From assembly GCA_947305775.1 (NCBI GenBank), contig CAMZEN010000009.1, positions 2,785 to 66,784 of the forward strand: a stretch of 64,000 nt of DNA. The letters run 5' to 3'. Below are positions 37,187 to 46,977 of this stretch, in pieces (the first letter of the stretch is position 1; each line of letters opens with the position of its first letter). Origin of the DNA: an uncultured Verrucomicrobiota bacterium (GTDB taxonomy: Bacteria; Verrucomicrobiota; Kiritimatiellia; RFP12; UBA1067). A program made the position numbers and the translations under genes. The notes under the pieces were generated by a model. That model searched no databases. It was given only the letters and a program-made list of their open reading frames with translations, and had not been told where the DNA came from.

Positions 37187-38719
37187 TCAAGACTTGGATT
37201 TGTTGTTGGGGTTGAGGTTCTTCTGCGAATCGTGCTGCAAGGCGTCCTCGGTGGGCGCGGCCTTGTCTTTGGCGAAGAAGGGGCATGGAGTGTCCTCCGG
37301 CAACCCTCTCGCCTTGCATTGCTCGCGCCAGTGAACGAGCATGTGGACGCGCTCTTCTATCGCTTGGTCGATCTCGCGCTCCCAATCCTTGCCGTCCTTC
37401 GCGTAAAGTGTCTGGTAGCTCGTCGTGGCGTTGCCGAGGCGGGTATTGTCCGCGCTCGCGTCCTTGAGCACGTCGGCGTTGCCGTTCTCCGTGAACAGCC
37501 ATTCAGTGCGGCGCAACGCGGCGACCGTCGCTGGCGGAAGCCTCTTGTGCGCCGCGTAGTCCTCCAGCCACTTGAAGAACACGCGATCAAGCACCTTCGT
37601 GACGAGCGTTGAGCGGACGGCGGTTATCTTCTTGCCGTAGGTGGTGTGGTCGAGCTTCGCGGACGCGAAGTTGTGCTGTGAGGAATCGCACATGGCGATG
37701 TTCACCGGCATAGACAGGCAGCGCGCCATCTCCGCGACGAGCGAACGCACGAAGTCGTTGTAGAGGGAGGTCGGCTGTTGAGCTTGAAGCTGGGTGAGCT
37801 TCCATCCCTCCGGGAGCGACACGAACATTCCGCGCTGCACACGAAAGACCGTGTTGGGCTTGACCTCGGTTGCGCACCTGCCCAATTCCTCATCGTCGTC
37901 GCCGTAGCATTCAGGCACTTGATCCGTGGAAAGGACGCCCGAGACGGATGCGGCGTTGATGGCCGTCTGCGTGACGGACGAGCGGTAGGACTTCTGCTCG
38001 GCGGGTATTTCGAGGGCGGACACAAAATCCGAAACGCCGCGAACCTGCTCCGGTCGGAGCACCTCGAAGTAGTGTATGACGTTCCCCGCCTTTATCCACT
38101 CGCCAGCCCGTGACTTGATGTTGCGTATGGCGCGGTAGTCGCCGGGGTGGTACTTCAGGATGCGGTACTCCGTCGGGTGGCGGTATGGATCGAAACGGAT
38201 GCCGTCGGTTTCGTTCTCGCGGGTGATCGCCTCCGTCCACGATTCAACGCGGTCGCACTCCAGCGTTGCAAGATTCAGGGTGACGGCGTTCGTCTCGTCA
38301 ACGATTGTCGGGTCTGTGTAGAACAGGGCGAACGCCTCGCCGTCCGTCGTCTTCGCCCGGATCAGAGTCTTCAGCTTCTCCCAGAAATCGACCTTCAACG
38401 CCCAGGCGTCGAACGCCGTGGAAATCTCCTTGCGCGTTTCCTTCGGGATTCCGCCGAGCGGAAACGATACTGTCACCCACGGCCCGGCGACATCCGTTGT
38501 GTACGTGTCGAGCATTCCCCACACATACGGGCAGTTGTAGACTATGTAGCGGGCGCGGTCGCGGACTATACGGCGGACTTGCGGAGAGAGCGCGGCGGTC
38601 ATTGCGAGCGAATCGGCGTTGCGGAACAGCGCATCCGTGTCCGGCGTGTTCCGTGCGTTGTCGAACCGTGCGCTTATCTGCGCCCCGCCATCAAATGCCG
38701 CCCTTTGGTGCTTTGACAT
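37187..38719 (-). CDS. Portal protein (lambda-like)
   Basis: Motifs RDRARY, TDGEAF, VIHYFEVLRPEQVRGVS, NFASAKLD. Confidence 0.9.
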   Translation of the reverse strand: MSKHQRAAFDGGAQISARFDNARNTPDTDALFRNADSLAMTAALSPQVRRIVRDRARYIVYNCPYVWGMLDTYTTDVAGPWVTVSFPLGGIPKETRKEISTAFDAWALKVDFWEKLKTLIRAKTTDGEAFALFYTDPTIVDETNAVTLNLATLECDRVESWTEAITRENETDGIRFDPYRHPTEYRILKYHPGDYRAIRNIKSRAGEWIKAGNVIHYFEVLRPEQVRGVSDFVSALEIPAEQKSYRSSVTQTAINAASVSGVLSTDQVPECYGDDDEELGRCATEVKPNTVFRVQRGMFVSLPEGWKLTQLQAQQPTSLYNDFVRSLVAEMARCLSMPVNIAMCDSSQHNFASAKLDHTTYGKKITAVRSTLVTKVLDRVFFKWLEDYAAHKRLPPATVAALRRTEWLFTENGNADVLKDASADNTRLGNATTSYQTLYAKDGKDWEREIDQAIEERVHMLVHWREQCKARGLPEDTPCPFFAKDKAAPTEDALQHDSQKNLNPNNKSKS

Positions 38720-38732
38720 TTCGGTGTTCCTT

Positions 38733-38984
38733 TCAGTAGCGGTCGCACGGGCCGGGCGGGATCGCGTGGGCGATTCCGATGCCGGAAAGGGGATGGCGAC
38801 GACGGGCGGCGCGGTTGCGCATCCGCAGATACTTGTCGGCGACTATCAGCTCCGAAATGGAGCGATTGGTTTGCGACAAGCCATCTACCGAGAAGGATGC
38901 CGGATTCTGCACAGCCTCCGCGATTTCGGCCTCGCTCGTTTGCGCAGCGTTCGCCGCTGCCGTGTTGGTGGGATCGTTTGCCAT
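38733..38984 (-). CDS. Head completion (gpW-like) protein
   Basis: SFSVDGLSQTNRSISELIVADKYL; directly upstream of the portal. Confidence 0.6.
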   Translation of the reverse strand: MANDPTNTAAANAAQTSEAEIAEAVQNPASFSVDGLSQTNRSISELIVADKYLRMRNRAARRRHPLSGIGIAHAIPPGPCDRY

Positions 38985-39194
38985 TGCGCGTCTATTTTCG
39001 CACGGGTGCGAGATAAATACAATGATGTTGCCGCTATATCTAGCGGATTGGCCGCTTTTTCGACCGCTTGCGGGGTTCTTCCGGCCATCCGGCGGCACTT
39101 TCGGCACCGTTGCGCGGACTTTAGCCCCAATAAATGACAATTTATACTAGATATGAAACAATTTGCAATAAATAAAACTTTTTTATATTTGCTA

Positions 39195-39224
39195 TTGCAC
39201 ACATTGTGCAAAATGTGGTATAAT
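39195..39224 (+). promoter_or_regulatory. Sigma70-type promoter with an overlapping palindrome
   Basis: TTGCAC-18-TATAAT with extended TG; TTGCACA-CAT-TGTGCAA at 39195-39211. Confidence 0.7.
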
Positions 39225-39282
39225 GTTCGCGCAAACCCGGAAAGGGCGAGCAAGGGCAAAACAAAACGAAAGGACAAAAACC

Positions 39283-40275
39283 ATGCAACACTATAAAGAA
39301 AATGACACCATGTTGACGATCCACCCGGACCGCCTCATTAAATCGTGGACGCTTAAAGACGCCATCACGCCGGAGGACGTGCGCGACGTTTTCGACTTCA
39401 AGCTCACCAAGGCCCCGTGCTACGACTTCACCGGGCGCGAGATACCCGGCCTCTACCACATCCAAAAGGAAGAGTGCATCACCTCGACCATCATGCCGCT
39501 TGGTGGATTTGGTGAAGAGTACACCGTTTTTCAACATTCGGACATGCTCGACCTCATCACATCGCGCATCATGCCGGAATTGCCCGGCGTGAAGATCGAA
39601 ACGGCGGGAACGCTTGAAAACGGCGCAACGGGAATCATCCAACTTTCTGCCGGCAAGGATTTCAAGATTACGGGCGACACATCGCCAAACGAAAGCCGCC
39701 TATATTTTAGCAACCCTATCGGCGGCGGTTCGCTTGTCATGGGCTTTTGCGTCACCCGGTGCGTATGTGAGAATACAATCGCAATCGCCCGCCGAGAGGT
39801 TTTGGACGGGACGGGCAAGGGTACGGGCTACTCGATCAAGCACACGGCGAACATCGACGTATATGCGCGGGCGGCCATTGCCCAAATAGCCGAGCAAGCC
39901 AAGGCCACCAAAACCATGCAAGAGCGCATCAAGGCATTGGCCGCAAAGAAGGTGGACGCAAAGACCATCAAGGCGACGCTCGATGAAATTTTCCCCGCCA
40001 CGGCGGAAATGGCCGACAAATCGCCCGCCGCCTATACATGGGCACTCAACAAGCGCGAAGAGGTCATCACGCAATGGGAATCGGGCGAAACGGCGGCGAC
40101 GTTCAAAGCCGACAACGCATGGAAGCTTGTAAACGCTTTCACCTTCCCCATCTTCAACCCGCCCAAGATCGCCAAGGGTGCGGACTTGAGCGGAGTACGC
40201 TACGACGGGCTTTTTGGAGATCGCGCCGAAAAGGTCGCCAACATTTTCAACGCGGTCGAAAGGATCGCCGCCTAA
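39283..40275 (+). CDS. DUF932/DUF945-like phage/plasmid protein
   Basis: Motifs YTVFQHSD, IETAGTLENG, RCVCENTI, IKHT, NAWKLVNAFT. Confidence 0.75.
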   Translation: MQHYKENDTMLTIHPDRLIKSWTLKDAITPEDVRDVFDFKLTKAPCYDFTGREIPGLYHIQKEECITSTIMPLGGFGEEYTVFQHSDMLDLITSRIMPELPGVKIETAGTLENGATGIIQLSAGKDFKITGDTSPNESRLYFSNPIGGGSLVMGFCVTRCVCENTIAIARREVLDGTGKGTGYSIKHTANIDVYARAAIAQIAEQAKATKTMQERIKALAAKKVDAKTIKATLDEIFPATAEMADKSPAAYTWALNKREEVITQWESGETAATFKADNAWKLVNAFTFPIFNPPKIAKGADLSGVRYDGLFGDRAEKVANIFNAVERIAA

Positions 40276-40331
40276 ACAATCACCGGCGGGCGGTGGTTCG
40301 CCGCCGCCCGCCAAACGAAAGGACGCAAGCA

Positions 40332-40817
40332 ATGAAGATCGCCAAGAAGCCCACGAAGAAGCCCGCCAAGGCGACGAAGCCCGCGAAGAAGGCAACCGCC
40401 GCCAAGAAAGGCAAGAAGCCCGCCAAGGCCGAAAAATCGACCACCACGGCCAAGCCCGCGAAGGTTGAAGAGCCTACGCCATCGACGGAAGCCCCCGCCG
40501 TCACTCTTCCGGCGCACTTCACCACGCCGGGCGGGTGCGAGTTCGACATCACCGCAAAGGCAATCACCATCCGCGAGGGATTGCGCGAGGCAATTTTCAA
40601 GCCGGAAGCCGCTTGCAAAATCGAATGCGACATGGACGAAATTGACGGGCAGAAGTTAGCCGAGACGATTCCGGCGGGCACGGTGATACTTTCACGCGGC
40701 GACGTTGTGCGCCTTGTGCCTCACGAATACGCCGACATTGTTGCGGCAATCATGGAGGCGAGGCGCGAGGCCATCGCCGCGAAGAAATCCGCCAAGGTGA
40801 AAGGGGGTGCAGAATGA
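40332..40817 (+). CDS. Hypothetical protein with histone-H1-like K/A/P-rich N-terminus
   Basis: KKPTKKPAKATKPAKKATAAKKGKKPAK; SD motif at 40313-40323. Confidence 0.7.
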   Translation: MKIAKKPTKKPAKATKPAKKATAAKKGKKPAKAEKSTTTAKPAKVEEPTPSTEAPAVTLPAHFTTPGGCEFDITAKAITIREGLREAIFKPEAACKIECDMDEIDGQKLAETIPAGTVILSRGDVVRLVPHEYADIVAAIMEARREAIAAKKSAKVKGGAE

Positions 40818-41116
40818 CACCCCCGGCGGCATTGGTGCGCAGCGTTGCCAGGATGACGGAAGACAACGACCACACATCTACGAGAATCGCCATCGCCTCA
40901 TGGTGTTCGTCCGCAGTTGGGGGAAACAAACCGGACAAGGCGTATTTCTGGGCGATCCACGACGCATTGGCGGGCATCCGGCTTGTGGAAATATGGCTCA
41001 CGGGTTCGACGCAAGACCTATGCGAGCTGCGGGAAGCGTTGACGGATAAGATGTTCAAGAAGATGAAGGGGGTCGGATTGTCCGACGCAGCGCGAATCTT
41101 CAATAAAGCGTTGTGA
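40814..41116 (+). CDS. Hypothetical protein
   Basis: 100 aa, ATGA-coupled to the upstream gene. Confidence 0.6.
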   Translation: MTPPAALVRSVARMTEDNDHTSTRIAIASWCSSAVGGNKPDKAYFWAIHDALAGIRLVEIWLTGSTQDLCELREALTDKMFKKMKGVGLSDAARIFNKAL

Positions 41117-41183
41117 TACTATGTGCGCGGGTGCATATTTGATATAATATGCACTTGCACACACACAACAAAGGGCAACACAC

Positions 41184-41429
41184 ATGAAGACCAAAAAAGA
41201 AAGCAATCCGGCGCACGTTTCGGAGGTCAGGAGGGCCGCAGCTCTCGCAAGTGCCCAAGCTCGCCGCGAGAAGTCGGTAAACGGAGGGCGGAGGCCGAAG
41301 ACCTTGCCCGTCCGCGCCGCAACCTTCGACAAGGTGCAGGAGGTCGCAACGCGAATCAACCGCACGCTGACGGATATAACAACGGAGGCGATAGAACATG
41401 GACTTCCCTACATATTGGCGGACGCTTGA
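41184..41429 (+). CDS. Putative ribbon-helix-helix regulator
   Basis: KTLPVRAATFDKVQEVATRINRTLTDITTEAIEHGL pattern; own -10 with palindrome at 41131-41154. Confidence 0.5.
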   Translation: MKTKKESNPAHVSEVRRAAALASAQARREKSVNGGRRPKTLPVRAATFDKVQEVATRINRTLTDITTEAIEHGLPYILADA

Positions 41430-42036
41430 CGGAATACGCGACGAGGTTTTCCCGTGCTTCTACCGTTTGACTGACGAATCGAACGGTGCGATCTTGATCG
41501 AGTTCGGGAAAGCGCACATCGACAAGGGCATGGACTTGTCGGCCTTCCCGCCCGGCTCCGTCGGATTGAACAGGGGCAAATGCGAGAACTCGCCAACCCC
41601 GCTTATAGTGAGGGCGGTGCCGCGCAACGCCGACTTGATAGCGGCCATACTCAGAATGCGCCCTGCGGACGTTTCGCACATGCAACTGCACGATGTCGGA
41701 TGCGGCACGGCGGTCATCGCCCATCTGACGGGCGCGACATACGCGGATGCGGTGCGCAGGCTGTTCCCTAAAAGCGGCAATCCGCGCAAGATCGGAACGA
41801 TGCGGCTTGCTGAGCTGACGGGCACAAACAGGATACTGAGCCAAAGCCGCACATGGGCGGAGGCGGAAAGAGCGGGCGCGGTCGCGGCGTTGATAAGACA
41901 CCCGCGAGGGTATCAGCACTACATAGCGATAGACCCCGGCATGGTGGTCGTCGATCCCGAATTGGTGATGCACTATCCGTTGGCGGAATACCCGCGCAGG
42001 GATTGGCGCCCGATGGCGTACTTCGTGCGCCCATAG
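41398..42036 (+). CDS. Protein with C39-like (papain-fold) peptidase domain
   Basis: QLHDVGCGTAVIAHL...HYIAID...VVVDP resembles the C39 Cys-His-Asp pattern; start uncertain. Confidence 0.55.
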   Translation: MDFPTYWRTLDGIRDEVFPCFYRLTDESNGAILIEFGKAHIDKGMDLSAFPPGSVGLNRGKCENSPTPLIVRAVPRNADLIAAILRMRPADVSHMQLHDVGCGTAVIAHLTGATYADAVRRLFPKSGNPRKIGTMRLAELTGTNRILSQSRTWAEAERAGAVAALIRHPRGYQHYIAIDPGMVVVDPELVMHYPLAEYPRRDWRPMAYFVRP

Positions 42037-42225
42037 CTACGCGGCCTCCGTCGTGTAGAAGGTCCGCCCGCAATGGCGGCAGCGGCGCGTCCGGCGAACG
42101 GTCGCGCCGATCTTTTCGGTCCTCACCACGTATGAGTGGCGGCAACCGCAATCGGCGCACGGTATGCCCTCCGCCACATCTTCGCCAATCATGTCCTCGT
42201 AAACGCGCCGCCGGTTCCTAGCCAT
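42037..42225 (-). CDS. Small zinc-ribbon protein
   Basis: CADC...RRTRRCRHCGRTFYTTE. Confidence 0.7.
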   Translation of the reverse strand: MARNRRRVYEDMIGEDVAEGIPCADCGCRHSYVVRTEKIGATVRRTRRCRHCGRTFYTTEAA

Positions 42226-44278
42226 TGTAAACCCTCCTCTTGTTGCGTCTCGATGCGCCGCCGCCCATGGGGGCGAGCGGGTGCGTCTCGGTGTCTATCG
42301 ACAAAATGCCCTCGTAGCCAGCCGCCGCATACGCCATCGCGTGCGTGTCCAGCTTGTCGTGCTTCCCCGGCAGAGTGTTCCACTTGTAGGCCACGCCCGC
42401 CGCGGCCCCGGTGCGCGTCTCCATCACGCCCTTGGCCGCAAGCACCTCGCGGCACATCTGATCAGCATAGTCGCGGTGGTTGCCGTCGCATATCGTCGCG
42501 CTTCCCGGTTGGCCGATGGGCGTTATGTACGATGTCTGCGCGGCCTCCTTCGCAAAGTCGGCATCGAAGCAGTGCCATCGCCCGCTTTCGCGGGTGTAGC
42601 ACTGATACACGCGTCCGCGAACGCGCCCGAACTGAGTACGGGTCAATGGGTTGTACGTCTTTCCGGATCGTCCTATCATCGCATGGCCAAGCCGACCCTC
42701 CTTGCGGGCGTTCCGGCAGAAGGATGTGACGGTCTCGAACTGTTCGCCGCCGGCGTCGATGTACCACTTGTCTATCCGCCAGGGTTGCGCGGCGATCCAT
42801 GCGGCGAAGTTCTCCAGGGCGAGCCTCACCGATTGCTGGCGTTGCGTTTGGTTTGTGTTCTTCGCCGATATTGGAAGGGGTGCGCCGCACCATACGCCCT
42901 CCGCCATGACGTGGCACAACTGCCCCTTGGTGAACGCCGCGAGCTCGTAGGTGAGGCCGTATGAATAGTTGATGTCCGTCGTCAGCACGGTGAATATCGC
43001 ATCCTCCGGCGGCGCGTTCGGCGGAAGCGCAACGCGGTGGGACAGGACGCATTGCGGGGTGAGGTCGTATATCTTGGTGTTCTGCGCGACGGGCTGGTTC
43101 TGATACTCCGAGAAGAACGCATCCCGCCCTTTGGTGTAGTAGTCCACCATCGCGCCGAAAAGCGCATCTGGATCTCCCTTCGACTTGTCGTACCGGTATT
43201 TCCAAGATACGGCGAAGCCGTTGCACATGGCGCGGCGGTTGCGGCGGTAGAACGAGAACGATTCGCCGCGTGTCTTGTCGTCGCAATAGAGGTCGAACCA
43301 CCGATCCCACAATCGCCGGGATGTGCTGTCCGGCTGGTCGAAATCCTTGGGCCACGACGTGACGCGGGGAATGCGGATGAAGATCGAATCCTTGCGCTTG
43401 CCGAGGGATTCGCCCACGTCGTCGGGCGCGAATATCGTACAGGCGACCATCATCGAGATTCGGGTATTCGGCCCGGCCAAGCAAAGCCATTGCGTGTCGA
43501 TGCGGTGCAACACCTCATCCACGAACGCCGGATCGTCGGCGCGGTCGGTGTCCTGCGGATCGTCCAGCAGAAGTTTGTCGGGCCGCAGCGATTCGCCGCT
43601 CGTCGTCGTGATGTTCAGGCCCTTTATGTCGCCTTGCAGCGAACCTGCCGCCATCGCGCCCAAGCCGTCGGGGAATACGATCTGCATACGGGCGGACTTT
43701 ATGGCCGCGCCGGTAGGCTCGCTCTCGATGCGTCCGTCCTTGTCTTTCCAATGCAGCCTGGGCAGGCGGGATGCGTGGGTCGATTCCGCGAACGGTGCGC
43801 AGAACTCCGGATAGTCGGCCACCAGCCTTTCGGACGTGAGGGCTATGCACCATGTGGAGAACGCTTCGGACGCGGAGCGTATCTGCCATCCGCCGACGAC
43901 CACGAAACGGGATCGGCGGGTGACGATTAGGAAGATCGACATGTAGCGCATGATGTTCGTCTTGCCCTCGCCGCGGGGGGCTGCAACGACCGTGTTCTTT
44001 CCCGATGCGTCCGATTTGAGTATCGAGAATATTATGGCGCGGTGTCCGTCGGCGAAGGGGAGCGTGAAGATGTTTGGGAAATACCACCGCAGCCACTTTT
44101 CCGGGTTTCGCTCCAATCGTCTGCGCCGCGCCATGTCCTGCGGCTTGCGCCTCTCGACGGCGTTGTAGCCGAGGCGCAACAGGCTCTTGCGCTTGCGTTC
44201 GGCGTCGGACATGGCATGTCGCCCGTTCCCGAACAGTTCATTGAAGAACGCCTCGTCTATGTCGCCCCCGTCACTCAT
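42218..44278 (-). CDS. Terminase large subunit
   Basis: Walker A APRGEGKT, Walker B LLLDDPQD, FFSEYQNQP, C-terminal nuclease acidic motifs. Confidence 0.85.
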   Translation of the reverse strand: MSDGGDIDEAFFNELFGNGRHAMSDAERKRKSLLRLGYNAVERRKPQDMARRRRLERNPEKWLRWYFPNIFTLPFADGHRAIIFSILKSDASGKNTVVAAPRGEGKTNIMRYMSIFLIVTRRSRFVVVGGWQIRSASEAFSTWCIALTSERLVADYPEFCAPFAESTHASRLPRLHWKDKDGRIESEPTGAAIKSARMQIVFPDGLGAMAAGSLQGDIKGLNITTTSGESLRPDKLLLDDPQDTDRADDPAFVDEVLHRIDTQWLCLAGPNTRISMMVACTIFAPDDVGESLGKRKDSIFIRIPRVTSWPKDFDQPDSTSRRLWDRWFDLYCDDKTRGESFSFYRRNRRAMCNGFAVSWKYRYDKSKGDPDALFGAMVDYYTKGRDAFFSEYQNQPVAQNTKIYDLTPQCVLSHRVALPPNAPPEDAIFTVLTTDINYSYGLTYELAAFTKGQLCHVMAEGVWCGAPLPISAKNTNQTQRQQSVRLALENFAAWIAAQPWRIDKWYIDAGGEQFETVTSFCRNARKEGRLGHAMIGRSGKTYNPLTRTQFGRVRGRVYQCYTRESGRWHCFDADFAKEAAQTSYITPIGQPGSATICDGNHRDYADQMCREVLAAKGVMETRTGAAAGVAYKWNTLPGKHDKLDTHAMAYAAAGYEGILSIDTETHPLAPMGGGASRRNKRRVYNG

Positions 44279-44588
44279 ACTTGTTTATGAACCAGCGCAT
44301 CATCGTCGGATCGGGCGGCGTCATCTTGTCGCCGAGCGCAACCTTCATCGCGGCCATCTTCATGAAGTCCACTTGCCGCTGCCGCGCCTCCATGAACGCG
44401 CCGCCTATCTTCCTGCTCGCCTTTGCCCTCACGAGAAGGTCGGGAACCGACATGCCGAGAGCGTCGGCCACCTTTGAAGGGAAGCCGCTGCATTCAAGAA
44501 CCATTTGCGCTATGTTCTCGTCGGTGAGGTCGCGGCGAGGCAACGCCTCGCGCCCCTCGACGACGGCTGTTGTGGTTTTCTTCTTCAT
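44271..44588 (-). CDS. Putative terminase small subunit (HTH)
   Basis: HTH-like PSKVADALGMSVPDL; overlaps the large-subunit start. Confidence 0.55.
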   Translation of the reverse strand: MKKKTTTAVVEGREALPRRDLTDENIAQMVLECSGFPSKVADALGMSVPDLLVRAKASRKIGGAFMEARQRQVDFMKMAAMKVALGDKMTPPDPTMMRWFINKYE

Positions 44589-44668
44589 GTGTCTGCCTTG
44601 TGTTGTCGATTGAGGGCGTTTTCACCGCCAAACGCCCGAAAGGTAGGAAACTCCACATCACGCCCCAA

Positions 44669-44773
44669 TCAGCGCGTGAACGCGTTCCTGAAGTTGAGGT
44701 TCTTTAGCGCGTTCCTTGCGCCGCGCGAAAGACCCCCGCCGGTTCCACCGGCGCCGTACATGTCCTTATTCAT
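44669..44773 (-). CDS. 34-aa micro-peptide B (not in the ORF track)
   Basis: MNKDMYGAGGTGGGLSRGARNALKNLNFRNAFTR; SD GGAAAGGGGGT 7 nt upstream; paralogous to peptide A. Confidence 0.7.
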   Translation of the reverse strand: MNKDMYGAGGTGGGLSRGARNALKNLNFRNAFTR

Positions 44774-44833
44774 CACTATCACCCCCTTTCCGGTTCTTTT
44801 GCTGTTATGGGTCAGCCCTTTTGCTGTTATGGG

Positions 44834-44956
44834 TCAGCGAAGCCAAAAGCGACTTCGCCCGTAGTTGCCCGTGTTGCGCAATCTGCGCAAGGCTCCACGC
44901 GAGACCGACATTGAAGCCGTCCCGCCTGTTCCGCCGCATCCGTACAACTCTCTCAT
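44834..44956 (-). CDS. 40-aa micro-peptide A (not in the ORF track)
   Basis: MRELYGCGGTGGTASMSVSRGALRRLRNTGNYGRSRFWLR; SD GGAAAGGAGGT 7 nt upstream. Confidence 0.7.
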   Translation of the reverse strand: MRELYGCGGTGGTASMSVSRGALRRLRNTGNYGRSRFWLR

Positions 44957-44994
44957 CGCCATCACCTCCTTTCCGGCCATTTATCCGGCCAAAA

Positions 44995-46218
44995 TCAATC
45001 CCGCTCCTTCCCGTGCATCTTCCACGAATCCAGCCACACGGGAACGGTGGCCCCGAAGTCTACATTGGCCTCGATCCACTTGCGATGCGTCATTCCGCCG
45101 TATATCAAGAGCTTCTTCGGGGCCAGCCGCTCCAGGGCGGTTTTCAATCCCTTCAGAAAATACTTCTTGCTCTCGACCGCTTGATCCGTTCCGGCGTTCG
45201 TCGTGCGGCATTGGATGGACGCTATCGGCGCATTCTTCGGGATCCCGTCGAAGCAATACTCATAACTCGCCTCGTCAGCCCAATTTATGTCGGGTATGAC
45301 CTTGATGCCCAATTCCTGCCAAAGCCGAGAGACGTAGCGCACAAGGTACGTGCGGTACAACAACAACGCATGGGGCATCCCCCGCCACAATGAAAGGTTG
45401 GGCGACACCGCCGCCGCGAAGTTGTGCGCCTTTATCTTCTCCGCCGCCTTCACCATCTCGTCAAAGTCATAACAGATGTCTGCAAAGCGGAAATCGTCAA
45501 CATAGAATGCGCACACCCCGCCCTTGCAATCGTCGGGAAACTTGTTCGATCCCCACAGGAACATCATCCCCGGCGCGATCTCGTCTTCACGGTTGCACCG
45601 TATGCCGCTCACCTCGAAATCTTCGGGTATCATGTCCAGCCGGATGTCGGGAATCCCCCACTTGTCGGATGAAGGAAGCATGGACGGCTCCACCGTGGTT
45701 TGGTATACCTCCGCCTCCTTCGGGGGCGCAATCGCCTCTGCCAGCTCCGCGTCCATCGGTTGCTCAAGCATGGCTTGAAGGTTCACATCCTTAAATTCGG
45801 ACTTCATGAACCCCAAATCCTCCAGCTTGAAGGATCCCGCTATCTTGTCCAGGCTCTCCCAAGCAGACGCCAAATCCAACTCCGCAAGCTCCGGGATGCG
45901 GTTGTCCGCCAGCAAATCGGCCATTTCCTCCGCTTCGTCTGCGTAGTCTTGGAAATCGACCGGCACAGCCGGCATCTTCAACGCCCTGCAAGCCTCAAGC
46001 CGACCGTGCCCCCTCACTATGTAGCCGGACAGATTGCTTACCGTTATCGGTTGCCTCATGCCCACGCGACGGATCAAACGCGCCAATACAGCAATCTGCT
46101 TCGGCGGATGGCGGTTGGGGTTCTTCGGGTGCGGCTTCAATTCGCCAATCGGCACCATGTCCGTATAGGCGCATTTTATAGCCACATCTTGACCTTTGCC
46201 CTTTTGCTCTTTTCCCAT
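44995..46218 (-). CDS. ParB-like N-terminal domain fused to DUF4417-like domain
   Basis: LKPHPKNPNRH, IVRGHGRLEA, LADNRIPEL; AFYVDDFRF, VSPNLSLW, WQELGIKVIPDINW, CFDGIP. Confidence 0.8.
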   Translation of the reverse strand: MGKEQKGKGQDVAIKCAYTDMVPIGELKPHPKNPNRHPPKQIAVLARLIRRVGMRQPITVSNLSGYIVRGHGRLEACRALKMPAVPVDFQDYADEAEEMADLLADNRIPELAELDLASAWESLDKIAGSFKLEDLGFMKSEFKDVNLQAMLEQPMDAELAEAIAPPKEAEVYQTTVEPSMLPSSDKWGIPDIRLDMIPEDFEVSGIRCNREDEIAPGMMFLWGSNKFPDDCKGGVCAFYVDDFRFADICYDFDEMVKAAEKIKAHNFAAAVSPNLSLWRGMPHALLLYRTYLVRYVSRLWQELGIKVIPDINWADEASYEYCFDGIPKNAPIASIQCRTTNAGTDQAVESKKYFLKGLKTALERLAPKKLLIYGGMTHRKWIEANVDFGATVPVWLDSWKMHGKERD

Positions 46219-46389
46219 TGTTTTTTTTCCTAATCGTGAAACGAAATTTTTGCGACACCTCGGCCGAAGGGCACAATCGCGGCCCCGGCCCGCCGGGAGT
46301 ACCTACCCCCGTGCGCGTCGCCGCCGTATGGCGCATGGCGTGTACGGTCGCATGTGGCGCGTTCATGGCTTTGGCGAGTCGTCAACATG

Positions 46390-46977
46390 TCAACAATCCT
46401 CCAACAAGTCAAGGAAATTCATTTGATACTTCTGTCGCATGGCAATCCGGCCTCCCTTGCCGTGTGTCAACCCGCCGTTGGCCAAAGCCTTGAAAGTCGG
46501 GTGGGTCTTGAACAACCCCTTGATCCTTGCGAATGCGGTTTGCTTGGTGAGGCCGTAGGCTTCGGCGTACCCTATCATCGTTCCGCCGTTCAACAAGTGG
46601 GCGACGATCTCAAACTCCTGACGGGTCAACGTCTGGAACACCTCGGCGATCTTGGCAAGGCGGGATACTTGATCGTAGGGCAACGCGGCGACGCAAGCCA
46701 ACAAGGTGGTCAATGTGTCGTTCGTGCGCGTCTCTGCGTCCGGTTCACGCCGCGGCTCGTCGATCATGCCGGGGTCGAACGTGTAGCATGTCAGGGCGTT
46801 CGGCGCAACCTTGACGACTCGATCAACCGTGCCGTCGCGGATCGTGTCCAGCGACACGCCGCCGTCCCCGGCGATCTCATCGCTGAGGCGGCACTTTGAG
46901 CATATATCGCGCAACCGCGATTGTTCCTCCGCAAGTCGCACGATCTCGCGGTTATGTCTACACTTCGCGCAAGTCAT
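46390..46977 (-). CDS. Putative late transcription regulator (Zn knuckle plus sigma-region-4-like HTH)
   Basis: CxxC..CxxC; LTRQEFEIV..YAEAYGLTKQTAFARI. Confidence 0.5.
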   Translation of the reverse strand: MTCAKCRHNREIVRLAEEQSRLRDICSKCRLSDEIAGDGGVSLDTIRDGTVDRVVKVAPNALTCYTFDPGMIDEPRREPDAETRTNDTLTTLLACVAALPYDQVSRLAKIAEVFQTLTRQEFEIVAHLLNGGTMIGYAEAYGLTKQTAFARIKGLFKTHPTFKALANGGLTHGKGGRIAMRQKYQMNFLDLLEDC

